Source of the DNA: the human T2T-CHM13v2.0 reference genome, Homo sapiens
Length of the DNA: 64,000 nucleotides
NCBI RefSeq assembly: GCF_009914755.1
Contig: NC_060944.1
Reading direction: 5' to 3' (one strand)
The notes below the pieces were generated by a model, which saw only the letters and a list, made by a program, of their open reading frames with translations, was not told the origin of the DNA and did no database searches. Below are positions 12,990 through 27,080 of this stretch, piece by piece; the first letter of the stretch is position 1; each line of letters starts with the position of its first letter. The translations under genes and the position numbers were made by a program.

Positions 12990-14180
12990 TAGAGAATAAA
13001 ACTCATTAGGTATTTTACCTTCAAAGTAGATAGTTACATAGGTAGTCAGACAGTCAGACAGAGAGAGAGATACAGATAGATAGATAGACAGATAGATAGA
13101 TGGATAGATACATACGTACATACATACATACATGGAAGGAATGACCATTCCAATAGCAATGAGTGCATCCAGCATCCAGACAGTGGTCTTGAAATGTCAT
13201 TTCCCACTAAAAAAAAAAATAATAAGGAGGGCTTCTTGGGCTTCATGCCTCGTCCCATGTCTGAGAGACGAAATGCATGAGATGAGCCTGGAGCACCCTA
13301 GCAGATGCCAAGATACCCTCAAAGACCACGAGGGTCACATCAGAAGGCTCAGGTGCCAGCATGGAGAGACTCTCATTATGAGGTCAATCTTCAAAAAGGA
13401 GAATAATTGCAATATGTTGAAAACCCATCAACTATACATTCCTGAATTCATAGTATTTTTAAAATATTAATTGGGCACCTTTTGAAGATGTTGTAAAACC
13501 AATTCAATGTTTTAAATAAAAGAAAGTACCCAGTGTTTGTCCTCCTTTTCCTGTACGAATGGTACCCCTGGGTAATCCAGGCATAGGTGAGGAAAAGTCT
13601 CTTTAAGAAACTATCCCAGCTAATAAGTGAAAAAAAAATGATGGAAACAGACAATCACCATTTTGCAGGCATGCCAGCCCAGTGGCTGCTGATGTTACAC
13701 AAAGAGAATCACCCAGACATCGGATGCCTCCTGATGAGACAACACACCTGTCTGGTCTGGAAGATGAATGGTGCCTGGGTCTGATCCGGCTCTGGGTCCA
13801 GCTGTGAGAAACAGAGGGTAGCACAGGCCTTGGTCTACACCACGTGGGCACAGCCTGCAAAACCCAGACGGGAAAACTGCAGGCGAACCAGCCTGTGTTC
13901 CTCAACAGAAAGGGAAAGAGAGGTGTACAGGGAACCTATAAATTGAGACATCACAGTTTAAAAAAGGAAGATGAAACTCTAGGATCCAAGGACTGCACCT
14001 GGATGCTAAGCTGTGGAGAAGTGCAAAGAGCTGGTCTAGTCAGGGCAGGCATAGGAGAGGCTGCAGGTCTGCTTCTTCACCTGTGTGGTGGCTGTAAGGT
14101 GTTGACCCAAAATAATTCACTAAGCTATATCTTTTATGGGGTTTTCTGTATCTGTGTTTTATTTTATAATAGAAAATTTA
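12990..14180 (+). mobile_element. L1MC4/L1MC5-like 3' UTR
   Basis: aagtctctttaagaaactatcccagctaataagtg...acaatcaccattttgca; ttttctgtatctgtgttttattttataat. Confidence 0.65.
13045..13132. repeat. Compound (CAGA/TAGA/TACA)n microsatellite
   Basis: Direct reading. Confidence 0.9.
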
Positions 14181-14182
14181 CC

Positions 14183-14772
<590 letters not shown>

Positions 14773-14974
14773 GGAGCAGAATCACCCACAGAGCTTGTGT
14801 GTTTCGGAGCCCTGCAGCCAGGGTTTCTGATGCAGTAGGTGTGAGCTGGGGCTCCCAGGCGATGCTGGTGTTGCTGTTCCATGAAGCACACTTCGAGCAA
14901 CAGAGGGAAGGAGCAATGGCTCCTGTGCTCAGTGTGCGACTGGTATTCAATAATAATAATAACATGTTGCATAG

Positions 14975-15356
<382 letters not shown>

Positions 15357-15663
15357 GATATTCTTACATGCCTTGGAAACACAAAGCCATGGAAGCTGAG
15401 AGAACAGAGTGTGGCTGCAAGGGAAAGAGAAGGGGGGTCAGCCCCAGGGCCACCCTGGAGCCTGCAGCTCCAGACCCAGCATTCCCAAGGGCTTTGCTGT
15501 GGGCCTTCCTTTTAACAGAAGCAATGATTGAAAACTTAAAGGCATGTGTGGGACTGCAAAGCTGGTTTCCTTCTTGAGGCATCCAAATGTCACGAGTTAG
15601 CCCATGTGTGCCAAGCCCTCAAAGTAGAAAGGTAAGGAGGTCCCAGCTCAGGCCTTGCACTGG

Positions 15664-15940
15664 GTGTTTCAGTTATCCTGTGCTGTGTAACAAAACACCA
15701 GGACATGGTGGCCTAAGACAACAGCGAGAGGTGTTGCTTCTCACAATTCTATGACTGGGTAGTTCTGTGGATGGTCAGTCCTGTGGCCCCACTCTGTTGG
15801 GAGCTCAGCTGGGGCTGGAAGCCTGAGATGGCCTCAAACCTGTACCCAAGGCCCTAGCACTGGCCGTCAGCTAGGCCCCTTGCCTGATGTCCTCTTGTCA
15901 TCCAATGGTCTAACCAGGGCTTCTATCCCCACGTGGCAGG
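15664..15940 (-). mobile_element. Old MaLR LTR fragment (MLT1F-H-like)
   Basis: tgtttcagttatcctgtgctgtgtaacaaaacacc...tctcacaattct. Confidence 0.6.
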
Positions 15941-16077
15941 GGAAGCAGTGCAAGCCCCAACATGCAAGCCCTGGTCAAGCCTGGTCAAGCCTCTGCAGGC
16001 AGGCGCTCAGTCCAGCCTCGTCTCCCACAAAGGACAAGTGATAGGAGGCTGTCAGAGTCAAAGCCTCCAACTACAGG

Positions 16078-16420
16078 CTTATCGTGGACTATGGGTTCGT
16101 GTCTCCCAGAATTCATAAGTTGAAACCCTAACTCTCAACAAGGGTGATATTAGGAGGTGGGGCTTTTGAGGGAGGGTAATTGGGTTGTGAAGGCAGAGCC
16201 CTTATGGGGAGAGGCTGTAGGAGGGGAGAGGGTGCCTCCTACCTCTTTTCCCTCCACCATGTGAAAACATGTGGAGAAGGCCACCTGCAAGCCAAGGCCA
16301 GCCCTCACCACACACCAGACATGCTGGCTCTTTGATATTGGACCACCTGGCCTCCAGAACTGTGAGGACTAAACGTTGCTGTGTCATCCACCCAGCGCGT
16401 AGCAACCCAAACAGTAGACA
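16078..16420 (+). mobile_element. MaLR LTR (MLT1A-like)
   Basis: aattcataagttgaaaccctaa; attaggaggtggggc; gcctccagaactgtgag. Confidence 0.75.
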
Positions 16421-16639
16421 GGGCTACAGATGGCAAGAGCTGGGGAGAACTTAGAGACCAGCCTCCTCATGGGTTGTGACCCTGACTCTGTGCAGACTTC
16501 CAGCCATGCCAGGGAGCTCACAGCTGGAGTGAGAGCATGGTTGCCCTGTGGTGAACTTGGGTCTGACCAGGGCCTGCGTTTAACCCCCTGTACAGAGAAG
16601 GGAGGATGGACAGTGCTTGGACCTCCACACTCTTCCTTC

Positions 16640-16810
16640 AGCAGCCTCACCCGCTGCATGTGGTCTGAGGACCAGCAGCCTCAGCATCACGGGGGACCCG
16701 GTTAGAAATGCAGAATCCCAGACCCATTCTCAGATCTGCAGAACCAGATGCTGCATTTTAACACAATCTGCAGGTGATTCATGTGCATAAGAAAAATTGA
16801 GAAGCTCTAA
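16640..16810. mobile_element. MER5A MITE
   Basis: gtggtctgaggaccagcagcctcagcatcac...ttagaaatgcagaatccca. Confidence 0.7.
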
Positions 16811-16814
16811 GAGA

Positions 16815-17240
16815 TCATGGACCTGGTTCCTCCACAAATAAATTTCAAAGGAAAAAAAAAGGGGCGGGAATCTCTGGGTTAAAAGAAATAAAACAGGCCA
16901 ATAACATGCAACAGGTGGACCTGGTTTGGATGCTGATTTGTATGAACCAATAGTAAACACTGATATTTGATGCTGAGGACTGTTGATGGTTAGGTGTCTA
17001 CGTTACATTAAAAGCACCCATCTTTTAGAAATGCATACTGAAATGCCTAATGACAACACCATAGGATGCCTGGGATAGGCTTCAAAACAACCCAGTGTGC
17101 AGGCAGAGGGAGCACACGGGAGGGCTGTATCTCAATTTTGAAAAAACACCTTGCATCCATCAGCTAGAGATGAGTATATGTGGGCCCAATAAACTATTCT
17201 TTCTGTTGTTGTCTGGATTGGAAATTCCAATAAATAAATG
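16815..17240 (+). mobile_element. L1MC/L1ME 3' end fragment
   Basis: gtggacctggtttggatgctgattt; cttttagaaatgcatactgaaat; ggaaattccaataaataaa. Confidence 0.6.
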
Positions 17241-18253
17241 ATTATTTAATCTCCTGGCTGTTTTTAAATAAATAAGCAGATCCCTAGGTGTTACTCAGAC
17301 TTATTGAATCTCTGAAAGTTTAGCCCTAGGAAGGTTATTGTTGTTGCTTGTTTGTTTCAATCCTTTCCTTAGGTAATCTTGATGCATTTGGTACCAGGGC
17401 TGTGGTTTGGGAATCACCAATTGCATTCAAGTGTTATATCTAGAAAGCATTAAATTTCCAGAAACTCAGCCCTGTTCTTGACAGGGCACGCCAGACAGGC
17501 AGGAACTGGGGTCAGGATGGATGAGGAAAACAACCATAAGTTTCTCAAAGACAGAAGTAAATCGGCTTCTTCTGAGCAATTGCTTCAGAACACCTTCTCC
17601 TCTGCCCTGAGCACCCTCTTATTAGGTGCAAAATCTCGAGGGGGCATTTGCTCCTAGTTCTTCTGCCCCTGCTGACTCTATAATCTTTGATGTGGCCAGA
17701 TTTGCACAGTTACTTAACTGGCCTGTCCTCTGTGGGCATTTGTGTTTGCCAGAATCCTGTATGACCTTATGAAAAACATTGTTCAGGGTACAATATCTGT
17801 GCTATTCCTCCCACAGCCATTTGCATTTTAAATGAGAACACTTGTTAACTCAAAAACAATGACTTTCTAATGGCTCAATTTTAGAGATGGTGGCCGGGGC
17901 AGAGATTTCGAGCTGGCTGTGCTGCCTGGAGTATCCTAGGTCAGGACCCTTCCTTCTGTGCTGCGCTGTGGTCCTGGGCACCACCCAGCTTGCTGGACGG
18001 AAGCTGGCTACAGCGTGCCAGGGGCTGTTTCCCTTTCATACACTCCTCACTTAAAGGCCTTCAAGTTACTAACAATGATATTAATAATGCACGGTACTTA
18101 ACAACCACAAAACAGACAGAGCTGCTGGCCTGTTTTCTATCCCCCAGATACAAAGAGGTCTAGGTTTATGCTTCTGGTGAGAAGGTCAAGAAAACCTTCT
18201 GCACCTCAGTTTCCCCCTCTGAACATAGGGGCAAAACAATCCTGGAATACAAC

Positions 18254-19155
18254 TGTTTACTTAAAAATCACACAATTTATACATTTGGAAAGGAAACCAT
18301 ATTTCTTATAAAGGGTTCTGACCACAGCCGGAAGGTAGTCTTCCTGCAGGCTGGGAAGCACAGCTTCTGGCAAAGACCAAAGTCAAGCACTTTTAAGAAA
18401 AATAGGTGGGGGGAGGAGCTTTATGCCAAATGAGTTGGCTAAACATGCATATTCAACAGGTTACAGAAGGAGCTGTGAATATTCATAACAAGGATCCTGA
18501 TGCACACATATAGAACATGTATGTCACATATGATCCATGTTCGCCTTGGGGTGGAGACTTAACATTTAAATGCATGACTGTTAGGCCCTATATATCAAAA
18601 GGTCTTTTCAGGACACAAAGGCGCTCAAGTGTGAAGCCTCTGTAAACCATCCAGAACCAGTCCACAGTTGGTGGTCTCTTCTCTGGAGAAAGTTACCGAA
18701 ATCAGCCTGTTGTTCAATCAAAGCTGTAGTCACAGTTTGTGAAACCTGGGGTCAATGTCCAGTGGAGCTGCAATTGTTTCAACATTGCTTATCCCAAAGC
18801 CAATGCTTGTTCAGCTGCTAGAGAAAAAGAAAAACCTCATGACAGAACATGGTTTATTCTTACAGTGTAGGGGTGAGTGATTTAACCCTTGACTCTCATG
18901 GCCTTAGGCCCTGTTTATACTTCAGCAATTTATTGCCACACAGAGTCAGTCCCTTCAGTCTTATGATCTCTATTTTAACATTCGTGCTGGTCAGTTGTTT
19001 CTAAACCACAAGAGGGAGGGGAGAAATGAAGGGTGTCTGACCTCCTGCCCTGTCATGGCTGGGAACTCAGTTTTTATGTTTTTTTCTGGGATCCTTTGGC
19101 CAAGAGAGGGTCTGTTCAGTTGGTGAGAAGTCTAGGACTTTATTTTTAGTTTACA
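18254..19155 (-). mobile_element. ERV1 solo LTR, MER49-like, inserted in a MIR
   Basis: The reverse strand begins tgtaaactaaaaataaagtccta; TG..CA ends; exact 4-bp TSD CAAC (18250-18253, 19156-19159); MIR halves on both sides. Confidence 0.85.
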
Positions 19156-19464
19156 CAACAAAGGGTGATTGGAGACCCAAGTGAGACAGTGTTTGGGAAA
19201 CTACAAAAAGGGGTAAGAGAGAATGCTTTTCTCATTTCTGTCTTAATTCAGTTTTGTCTTCTTAAATATCTAAATTCTATTATCATCTTGAATATTAATC
19301 ATCCCAACTCCTTTAAAAAGTGCATCTCAACTTCTGCTTTCCTGTCTAGCAGGTAAGGAGTTTGCAAGTCATTCCTTCATCCTAGAAACAAACAAACAAA
19401 AAAAGCTGAACAAACCAAAAAATCAACAACTCTTTTTAGATTCATCAGAGAATCGAGGTCACAG

Positions 19465-19942
19465 TGAAACGGGAAAGGTTCCCTTGTCCCCCTCACAGGG
19501 CATGCAACAGGGAGAGTGGCTCGCTTCTTCAGTGCCCCACTGCTCAAACCTCTAGGGGAGCATAGAGACGGGCAGGCTGTGGGGCTCTGACCCCACGGCA
19601 GTGTCTAGGGGTGGATGTTTACAGCTCCTGAAGCCCCAGTGGGTGTGTATTACAGAGTGTTCTTTTAGTTTGCCATCTATAGGTGGCTTGTGTTAACCAG
19701 CTCAATTAGACCCGCTTCCATATCACAAGGACAGAGGGATTTCTGTATTCCAGGTTCTTGCCCTGGTATACCAGAAGAATCAGATCACACATGGGCTTGG
19801 AGAATGAGTGCAAAGTTTTACTGACTGGAAGTAGCTCTCAGCAGATGGGGGAGCCACAAGGGAGACGGTTTTCCCCTGGAGTTGGGCTGCTCAGTGGCCC
19901 AGGCTCGCTTTCAACTGCCCCAGCCAAACTCCACTTCATCCC
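19465..19942 (-). mobile_element. ERV1 LTR (LTR1-like), truncated, inside the L1 5' region
   Basis: tgaaacgggaaaggttcccttgtccccctc terminus recalled as the LTR1 3' end; abrupt junction back into L1. Confidence 0.7.
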
Positions 19943-21152
19943 ACAGTCGAGATATGGCAGAGATGTTAGAATTACCAGACGTTGAATTAGAACAGCTATG
20001 ATTAATATACTAAGGGCTGTAATGGACAAAGCAGACAGCGTGTACGAACAGAGGTGCAGTGTAAGCAGAGAGATGGGAATTCTAAGAAACATCCCCCAAA
20101 AAGGCTGCAGATCAAAAACACTGTCACTGAAGTGAAGAGTGCCTTTTATGGGCTTATTAGGAGACTGGACATAGCTGAGGAAAGAATCTCTGAGCTTGAG
20201 GATATCTCAACAGAAACTTCTAAAACTAAAACACAAATAAAAAAAGACTGAAAAAAGACCTGTGGGACAACTAGAAACAACACAATATACATGTGACGGG
20301 AATAGTAGAGGGAGAAGAAAGAAAAAAAGAAACAAAATAAATATTTAAAACAATAATGCCTAAGAATTTCCCCAAATGTCAGACACCAAACCATAGATTC
20401 AGGAAGCTCAGAGAATATACCAAGCAGGATAAATCCCCCCAAAAAGTTGCACCCAGGCATGCCACATTCAAATGAGGAAAATGAAAAATAAAGAAACAAT
20501 AATTAAAGAAGCCAGAGGAAAAAGAATCTTATCTATAGAGAAATAAAAATAAAAATTTCATCCAGCTTATCCTCAGACACCATGCAAACAAGAAGAGAAT
20601 GGAGTGAAGTATTTAAAGTGTTGAGAGGGGAAAAAAAAAACAAATAACAAAAAACCAGCAACAACCAACAATTCTGTACCCTAAGAAATTATTCTTCAGA
20701 AATGAAGCAGAAACAGTCTTTTTCAGAAAAACAAAAATTGAGGAAATTTGTTGCCAGTAATCCTGACTTGCAAAAAAATATTAAAAGAAGTTCTTCAGAG
20801 AAAAAGAAAAGGATACAGCCTAGAAACTCAGATTTACATAAAGGAAGAGCATTGGAGAAGGAATAAGCAAAGATAAAAACTTTTAGTTTTTATTCTTAAT
20901 TGATCTAACAGATAACAATCCATTCAAAATAATAACAATATATTTGAGTATGTATGTTTACATATGTATATGTATTATATATTATACATGTGCTTATGTG
21001 TAAGTGAAATGAATGACGACAATGACACAAAGGATGAGAAGGGGGAATTAGGATTATTTTGCTATTATATGGTACTTGCACTACCTGTGAAATGGTATAG
21101 TGTTATTTGAAAGTGGACCTGGACTATATTGCAAACTCTAGGGCAACCACTA

Positions 21153-21545
<393 letters not shown>

Positions 21546-23070
21546 CTAGAATGCAAAAGTAGGAATAAATAACAAGGGCAGTGAATAGCAAACAAGTAAC
21601 AAGCATGCTAGATATTATTCCAACTATGTGAATAACTACTTTAAATGTCAATAGTCTACATACACCAATTAAAAGATGAAGAGTGTCAGAGTGGATCAAA
21701 AAACAACACCCAATTATACATTCTCTAAAAAAAACTCGTTTGGATAAAAAGATACATATAGGTTAAAGTTACATCGATAGAGAAAGATATACCATGCTAA
21801 CACTAATAAAATGAAAGTTGGATTAGTTATATTAATTTTAGACAGGGCAGACTTCAGAGCAAAGAAAGTTATTAGGAATACAAAGGTGCATTATATAATG
21901 ATAAAGGAGTCAATTCTTCCAGAAGACAATGTAATATTTAATGTGTACGTCCCTAATGACAGAGCATCAACATACATGAGGCAAAAACTGACAGAAATGA
22001 AATGAAAAATAGAAGAACTCACTCTTATAGTTGGATACATCAACACCTCTCTATCAGCAATGGACAGATACAGCAGGCAGAACATTAGTGAGGAAATAAT
22101 TGAACTCATCAGCACCATCAATCAACTGGATATAATTGACATCAATCTACTTCATTCAACAATGACAGAAGACACCTTCTTCTCAAGCTCACATGGAACA
22201 TTAACCAAAAGAGACCATATTCTGGGGCATAGGACACACATTAACAGACTTACAATAGAACTCACACAATGTCTTTTCTCAGAACACAATGGAATTAAAA
22301 TTAGAAATCGATAACAGAAGGGGAGCTGGAAAAATCCCCAAACATATAGATATTAAACAACACATTTCTAAATAACACATGAATCAAAGAGTAAATCTTA
22401 AGAGATTTTTAAAAATATTTTGAAAATGAAAATACAACTGATCAAATTTTGTGGGATGCAGTGAAAGCAATGCATAGAGAGAAATTTATAGCATTGAATG
22501 CACCTATTAGAAAAGAAAAAAGGGCTAAAATCAATAACTTAAGCTTCCACCTTAGGAAACTAAAATAAGAAGAGCAAATTAAATCCAAAGTAAACAGAAA
22601 AAGTAAATAATAAAAATTAGAGTAGAAATCAATGAAATTAAAACAAAAAATCAATATCAAGAAAATCAACAAAATAAAAATTTGGTTTTTTGAAAAGCTC
22701 AATAAAATTGATAAGCCTCTAGCCAGGATTAACTAAAGAAAAAAAGAAGACACAAATTTCTAACATCAGAAATGAAGGAGGGCACAACACTACAGATCTC
22801 ATAGACATTAAAATGGATAATACAGAACTATTATGAAAAGCTCTAGTCATCAAACCTCATAACGTGGATGAAATGGAACAATTCCTGCAAGGAAACAATC
22901 TGTTGAAACTTACATGAGGAGAAACAGAGAATTTGAATGGAGCTATATCTATTAAAGAAATTGAATCAATAATGAACAACCTTGCAAAACCAAAAGCACC
23001 AGACCCAGGTAAATTATACCAAGCATTTAAGGAAGAAATTGTACAATCTCTTTTAGAACATAGAAGTCAG

Positions 23071-23248
23071 AATTACCTTAATACCGGAACTGCACAATTA
23101 CCTTAATACCGGAAATGCACATAATTACCTTAATACCGGAACTGCACATAATTACCTTAATACCAGAACTGCATAATTACCTTAATACCGGAACTGCACA
23201 TAGAATTCTGTCTATGAAGTCAGAATTACCTTAATACCGGAACTGCAC
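23071..23248. repeat. 25-27 bp tandem array within L1 ORF2 (5 copies, a 22-bp spacer, then 1 copy)
   Basis: aattaccttaataccggaactgcac(at) at 23071, 23096, 23123, 23150, 23175 and 23224. Confidence 0.95.
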
Positions 23249-23736
23249 AAATACTTCTCGAGAAAACTACAGACCAACATCTCTCATGAATATAAATGCA
23301 AAAATGCTCAAAAAAAAATAACAAATCCAATCCAACAATGTATGAAAATAATTCTATACTATGACCAATAGGATTTATTTCAGGTATGCAAGGCTGATTC
23401 AACAATGAAACATCAATTAAAGTAATTCTAATTCATCATATCAACAGGCTAAAGAAGAAAAAAATCACATGATTATATTAACAGATGCAGAAAAGCATTT
23501 TATAAAAATCCAACACCTATTCATGATAAAAAGTCTCAGCAAACTTGTAATATGGTGAACTTCCTGAACTGCATGAAGAACATTTACAAAAATCCTACAG
23601 CTAACATAATAACTAATGGTGAAGAACTCAAAAGTTTTCCTCTAACATCAGGAAAAAGGCAGGATCCCCCCTCTCACCACTGTTTTTCAACATTGTACTA
23701 GAAGTCCTAGCTAATGCAATAAGACAAGAAAATGAG

Positions 23737-23897
23737 TAGCCAGGCCTGGTGGTACATTCCTGTAGTCCTAGCTACTCAATAGGCTGAGGCAGGAAGATCC
23801 CTTGAGCCCAGGAGTTTGAGGCTGCAGTGAGCTCTGCCTGCCCCACTTCACTCCAGCCTGGGTGACACAGCAAGACCCTGTCTAAAAATAAAAAAGA
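23737..23897 (+). mobile_element. Alu right monomer (FRAM/AluJ arm)
   Basis: Single arm: cttgagcccaggagtttgaggctgcagtgagc, A tail. Confidence 0.85.
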
Positions 23898-24729
23898 AAT
23901 AAAAGATACAAAGATTAAGAAGAAAAGATAAAACTGTCTTTGTTTGCAAATGACAAAATTGTTTTTTAGAAAATCTAAAATAATTGACCCAAAAAACCTC
24001 CTGGAACTAATAAGCAATTACAGCAAGGTTGCAGGATATAAGGTTAATATACAGAAGTCAATCACTTTCCTATATACCAGCAATGAACAAGTGGAATTTA
24101 AATTAAAAACACAACAGCACTTACATTAGCACCAAATGAAATAAAATACTTAGATACAAATCCAATAACATACACACATGATCTGTAAGAGGAAAACTAT
24201 AAAATTCTGACAAAAGAAATCAAATGTATCACTCTAGTGTGGGATGTTGATAATGGGGAAGGTTGGGGGAGCACAGGTTATATGGGAAATTTCTGTACCT
24301 TCTGATGAATTTTTCTGTGATCCTGAAACTACTCTAAAAAATAAAATCTCTTTCTTAAATCAAATCTTTAAAAAATGCATCTCTGGACTGATTCAGCATG
24401 AGACATCTGCTTGTATTTCAGGATCACATGGTGCCCAGCAAACCTGCTCAGTTATTTCCACCAAGATCAACACAGAGGTGTGGGTGTTGTGTAGGTGTCT
24501 GCACTGATATTCAGTCCTGCTGGGAGCTCTCTGTGCACTCCAGCCCTGTTAGGACAGGTATGGGTAAGTCAGATAAGACTGTGAGCTGCCCAGGGCACAC
24601 AACTGGAGGTCAATGAGGCCCAGGCCAGCCCTGAAAACCATTTCTCACTTTGCATCCCACAGCCGCAACAGTGGCACCTTGGCCCCTCTTTGTGAAGAGC
24701 ATCTTGGCCTCCTCTGTGAATCTTTACTT

Positions 24730-24860
24730 GAATCCCCCTTGCCTAGACTGTCAGCTGCAGGAGGGCGGGGGTAGCCTGTCTGGTTTAGCTGCTTCTCCAG
24801 TGCCTAGCACAGCACAGACTCAACAGCCTTGTCGCCAGCTCAGGTGCTGCCTCTGACAGA
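24730..24860 (+). mobile_element. L2 3' fragment
   Basis: ctagactgtcagctgcaggagggcggg...ccagtgcctagcacag. Confidence 0.55.
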
Positions 24861-25196
24861 GCTTATGAGGATGCCTCATGGGAGGGAGGCAGAAGCCTGT
24901 GTCAGGGCTTCTGCCCTGTGTGTGGACCTCCAGAGGAGCATCCAAGTTTCAGGAAAAGGCTCCACCAGCCTGTGCACTCACACACGCATGCTGTCATACA
25001 ACATTAGCCTTTCTTTCTGGACCCCTACACCAAGCGTGACATCTGCCAGCGCCCTAGTGAAGGAGTTCTGAAGGTATGTGCTGCAGAGGCCTGTGCCTGG
25101 TATTCAGCAAGAGTGCAACACATGCGTGCTAAATTCAGTGGGGAAGTGGTCTTCTCAATATCTCTTGGACTGCAGCAAAACTGAACATTCTTCTTC

Positions 25197-25219
25197 TGTG
25201 TGTGTGTGTGTGTGTGTGT
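25197..25219. repeat. (TG)n microsatellite
   Basis: Direct reading. Confidence 0.95.
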
Positions 25220-26519
25220 ATGTATATATTCATATTTACTATAACAACTAAAGTGTGTTTGCACTATACATACTGTAAATGCGAGACTGAAATAAATGTA
25301 GATTGGCATGAGAAGTATTTGCATAATATGTGTGTATAAATAGATAGATATAGATACAGATAGAATAAAAACTTAGTTATTGTAAGAAGGAAAGATAGAT
25401 GGGAGGGGGCATGCTGGCTGCAGACCCCATGCTCAACAAAAAGGTGACACACACATAGTTTCAGGTCTACTTTCAAGGACGTGCAACCCTGCTGTGTATT
25501 TCCAAGAAGGTCCAACTTACATCTTCACTCACAGTAAGACGCTGCTGTCCATGGGAACTCAGGTCTCCCCTGTTCCTCCATTGTCCCCCAACTGCCTAAG
25601 CCCCATGAAGCTCCTTCCCTTGGGCCCTCCCCTGCTGTGTATACATGTGGGAGGGTCCCCCTGCCTTGCCAACTGGCCCACTCCCCAGGACCTCTCCAGA
25701 CCTCCAATGGCGGTCTCTGCATGGCCCTGCCTAGGGGAAGCCTCTATGCAGAAGATCCCTGATGCTCCAAGGGGACATGAGGGTGGCTGGCAGGTGCTCA
25801 CTGCCTTGAAAAGCCAGTAAGTCTCCTGCCTGGAAGACAGCAAATCCCATGTTCTGCCCCAAGACTTTTCCAGAAAGCAAGGAAAGCAGCTTCTGAGCCA
25901 CAGGAGAAAACACGGAACTCCTTGATCATCACTGCCCTTGCCCATCCTCACCCAAGCAGCCCTGAACTTGGTGCCAAATATTCTGGGATCGTCCCCTCAA
26001 ACCCACTCTACATGTAGGTGAGACAGCCAGCTCTCTCAGTGTGGTCCCCAGAGGCAAACCCTGGGCACGGATCCCAGGCAAGAGGCTGAGCTGGGAGAAG
26101 AGGTGTGCAACCTGGCAGAGGAGGGGAAGGTGGGCTGGGGAAGGGGAAGGGAGTGAGGACTGACCCTACATGGAGCTTTGGGAGCTGGCAGCCCCATCTG
26201 GGCTTTCCCCCAGACAGGGAAGCTGGGGCACTTGGGAACCCCCCCAGCCCTGGTTGAGGGCTGTTCCCTCTGGATGGCCAGGGGGGATCCAGCCCACCCA
26301 GCCCTGCCTGGCCCCAGCCAGAAAGAGCCTTGGTAGAGTCTCAGGCCCTTGGCAGCTGGATCTCAGACGACAGTTACATGTGGCTGGCTCTGAAGGCAGC
26401 ATCTATAGCAGAGCTTGGGGACATTTAAGTGACAGCAAATCTCTAGGGTTCCCTTGAGCCATGTGGGAACCTAAGTCTGCCAGCCTTGGACTCAGACCTG
26501 AGCATGCCCCAGCAGCTTC

Positions 26520-27080
26520 TCACTTCAAGTGAGAAGTGTCGGCACCGCCCACACAGCAAAAGCAGCACTAAGAGAAAGAATTGCAAACCACCCCAAAAAC
26601 ACTGCTCCCTTCAGCTGCGAGGCTCCTACTCCTCCACGCTGCTGGTGGTTGGAGAAAGGACCAGGAGTGGGAAGGCCTCCGAAATGCGGGCCTCCAACAG
26701 CAGCAGCTTCCTCCCCACATTCGGAGCCAAGGTCACAGCCCGCAGAAAACCGTAGCTGGAAGGAGGGGCCTCCAGTGCACGTCCCGCGCCTGGGGTGCTG
26801 GTGGTCAGGGAGCAAGTACAGCAGTCAAGAACATCAAGCCAAAAGAATTTTTCTTTGAAAAGCAAACCTCAGACATCAAACGTCTGGCCAGGTCTCGCTG
26901 GTTCAAACGACGGAGTGAAGGAAACACCTGGGGCATGCACTGCTTCCCTGTCGCCCTTACTGACCACGGGAATGGGAAGCCGCCCAGCACACGCTCGTGG
27001 TGGGATTGGAGAAGCGCTCACCGGGTTGATCGTAAAACAGGGACGTGCCTAGATGGCCCTCCCTGCAGAATTCACCCCCG
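26520..27080. promoter_or_regulatory. CpG-retaining segment (weak CpG-island-like)
   Basis: About 25 CpG in 540 bp by hand count, in non-repeat sequence against a CpG-depleted background. Confidence 0.4.

Noticed and set aside
23071-23248. CRISPR-like 25-27 bp direct repeats
   Set aside because: Units are head-to-tail without unique spacers and derive from L1 ORF2 sequence; primate DNA with no cas genes
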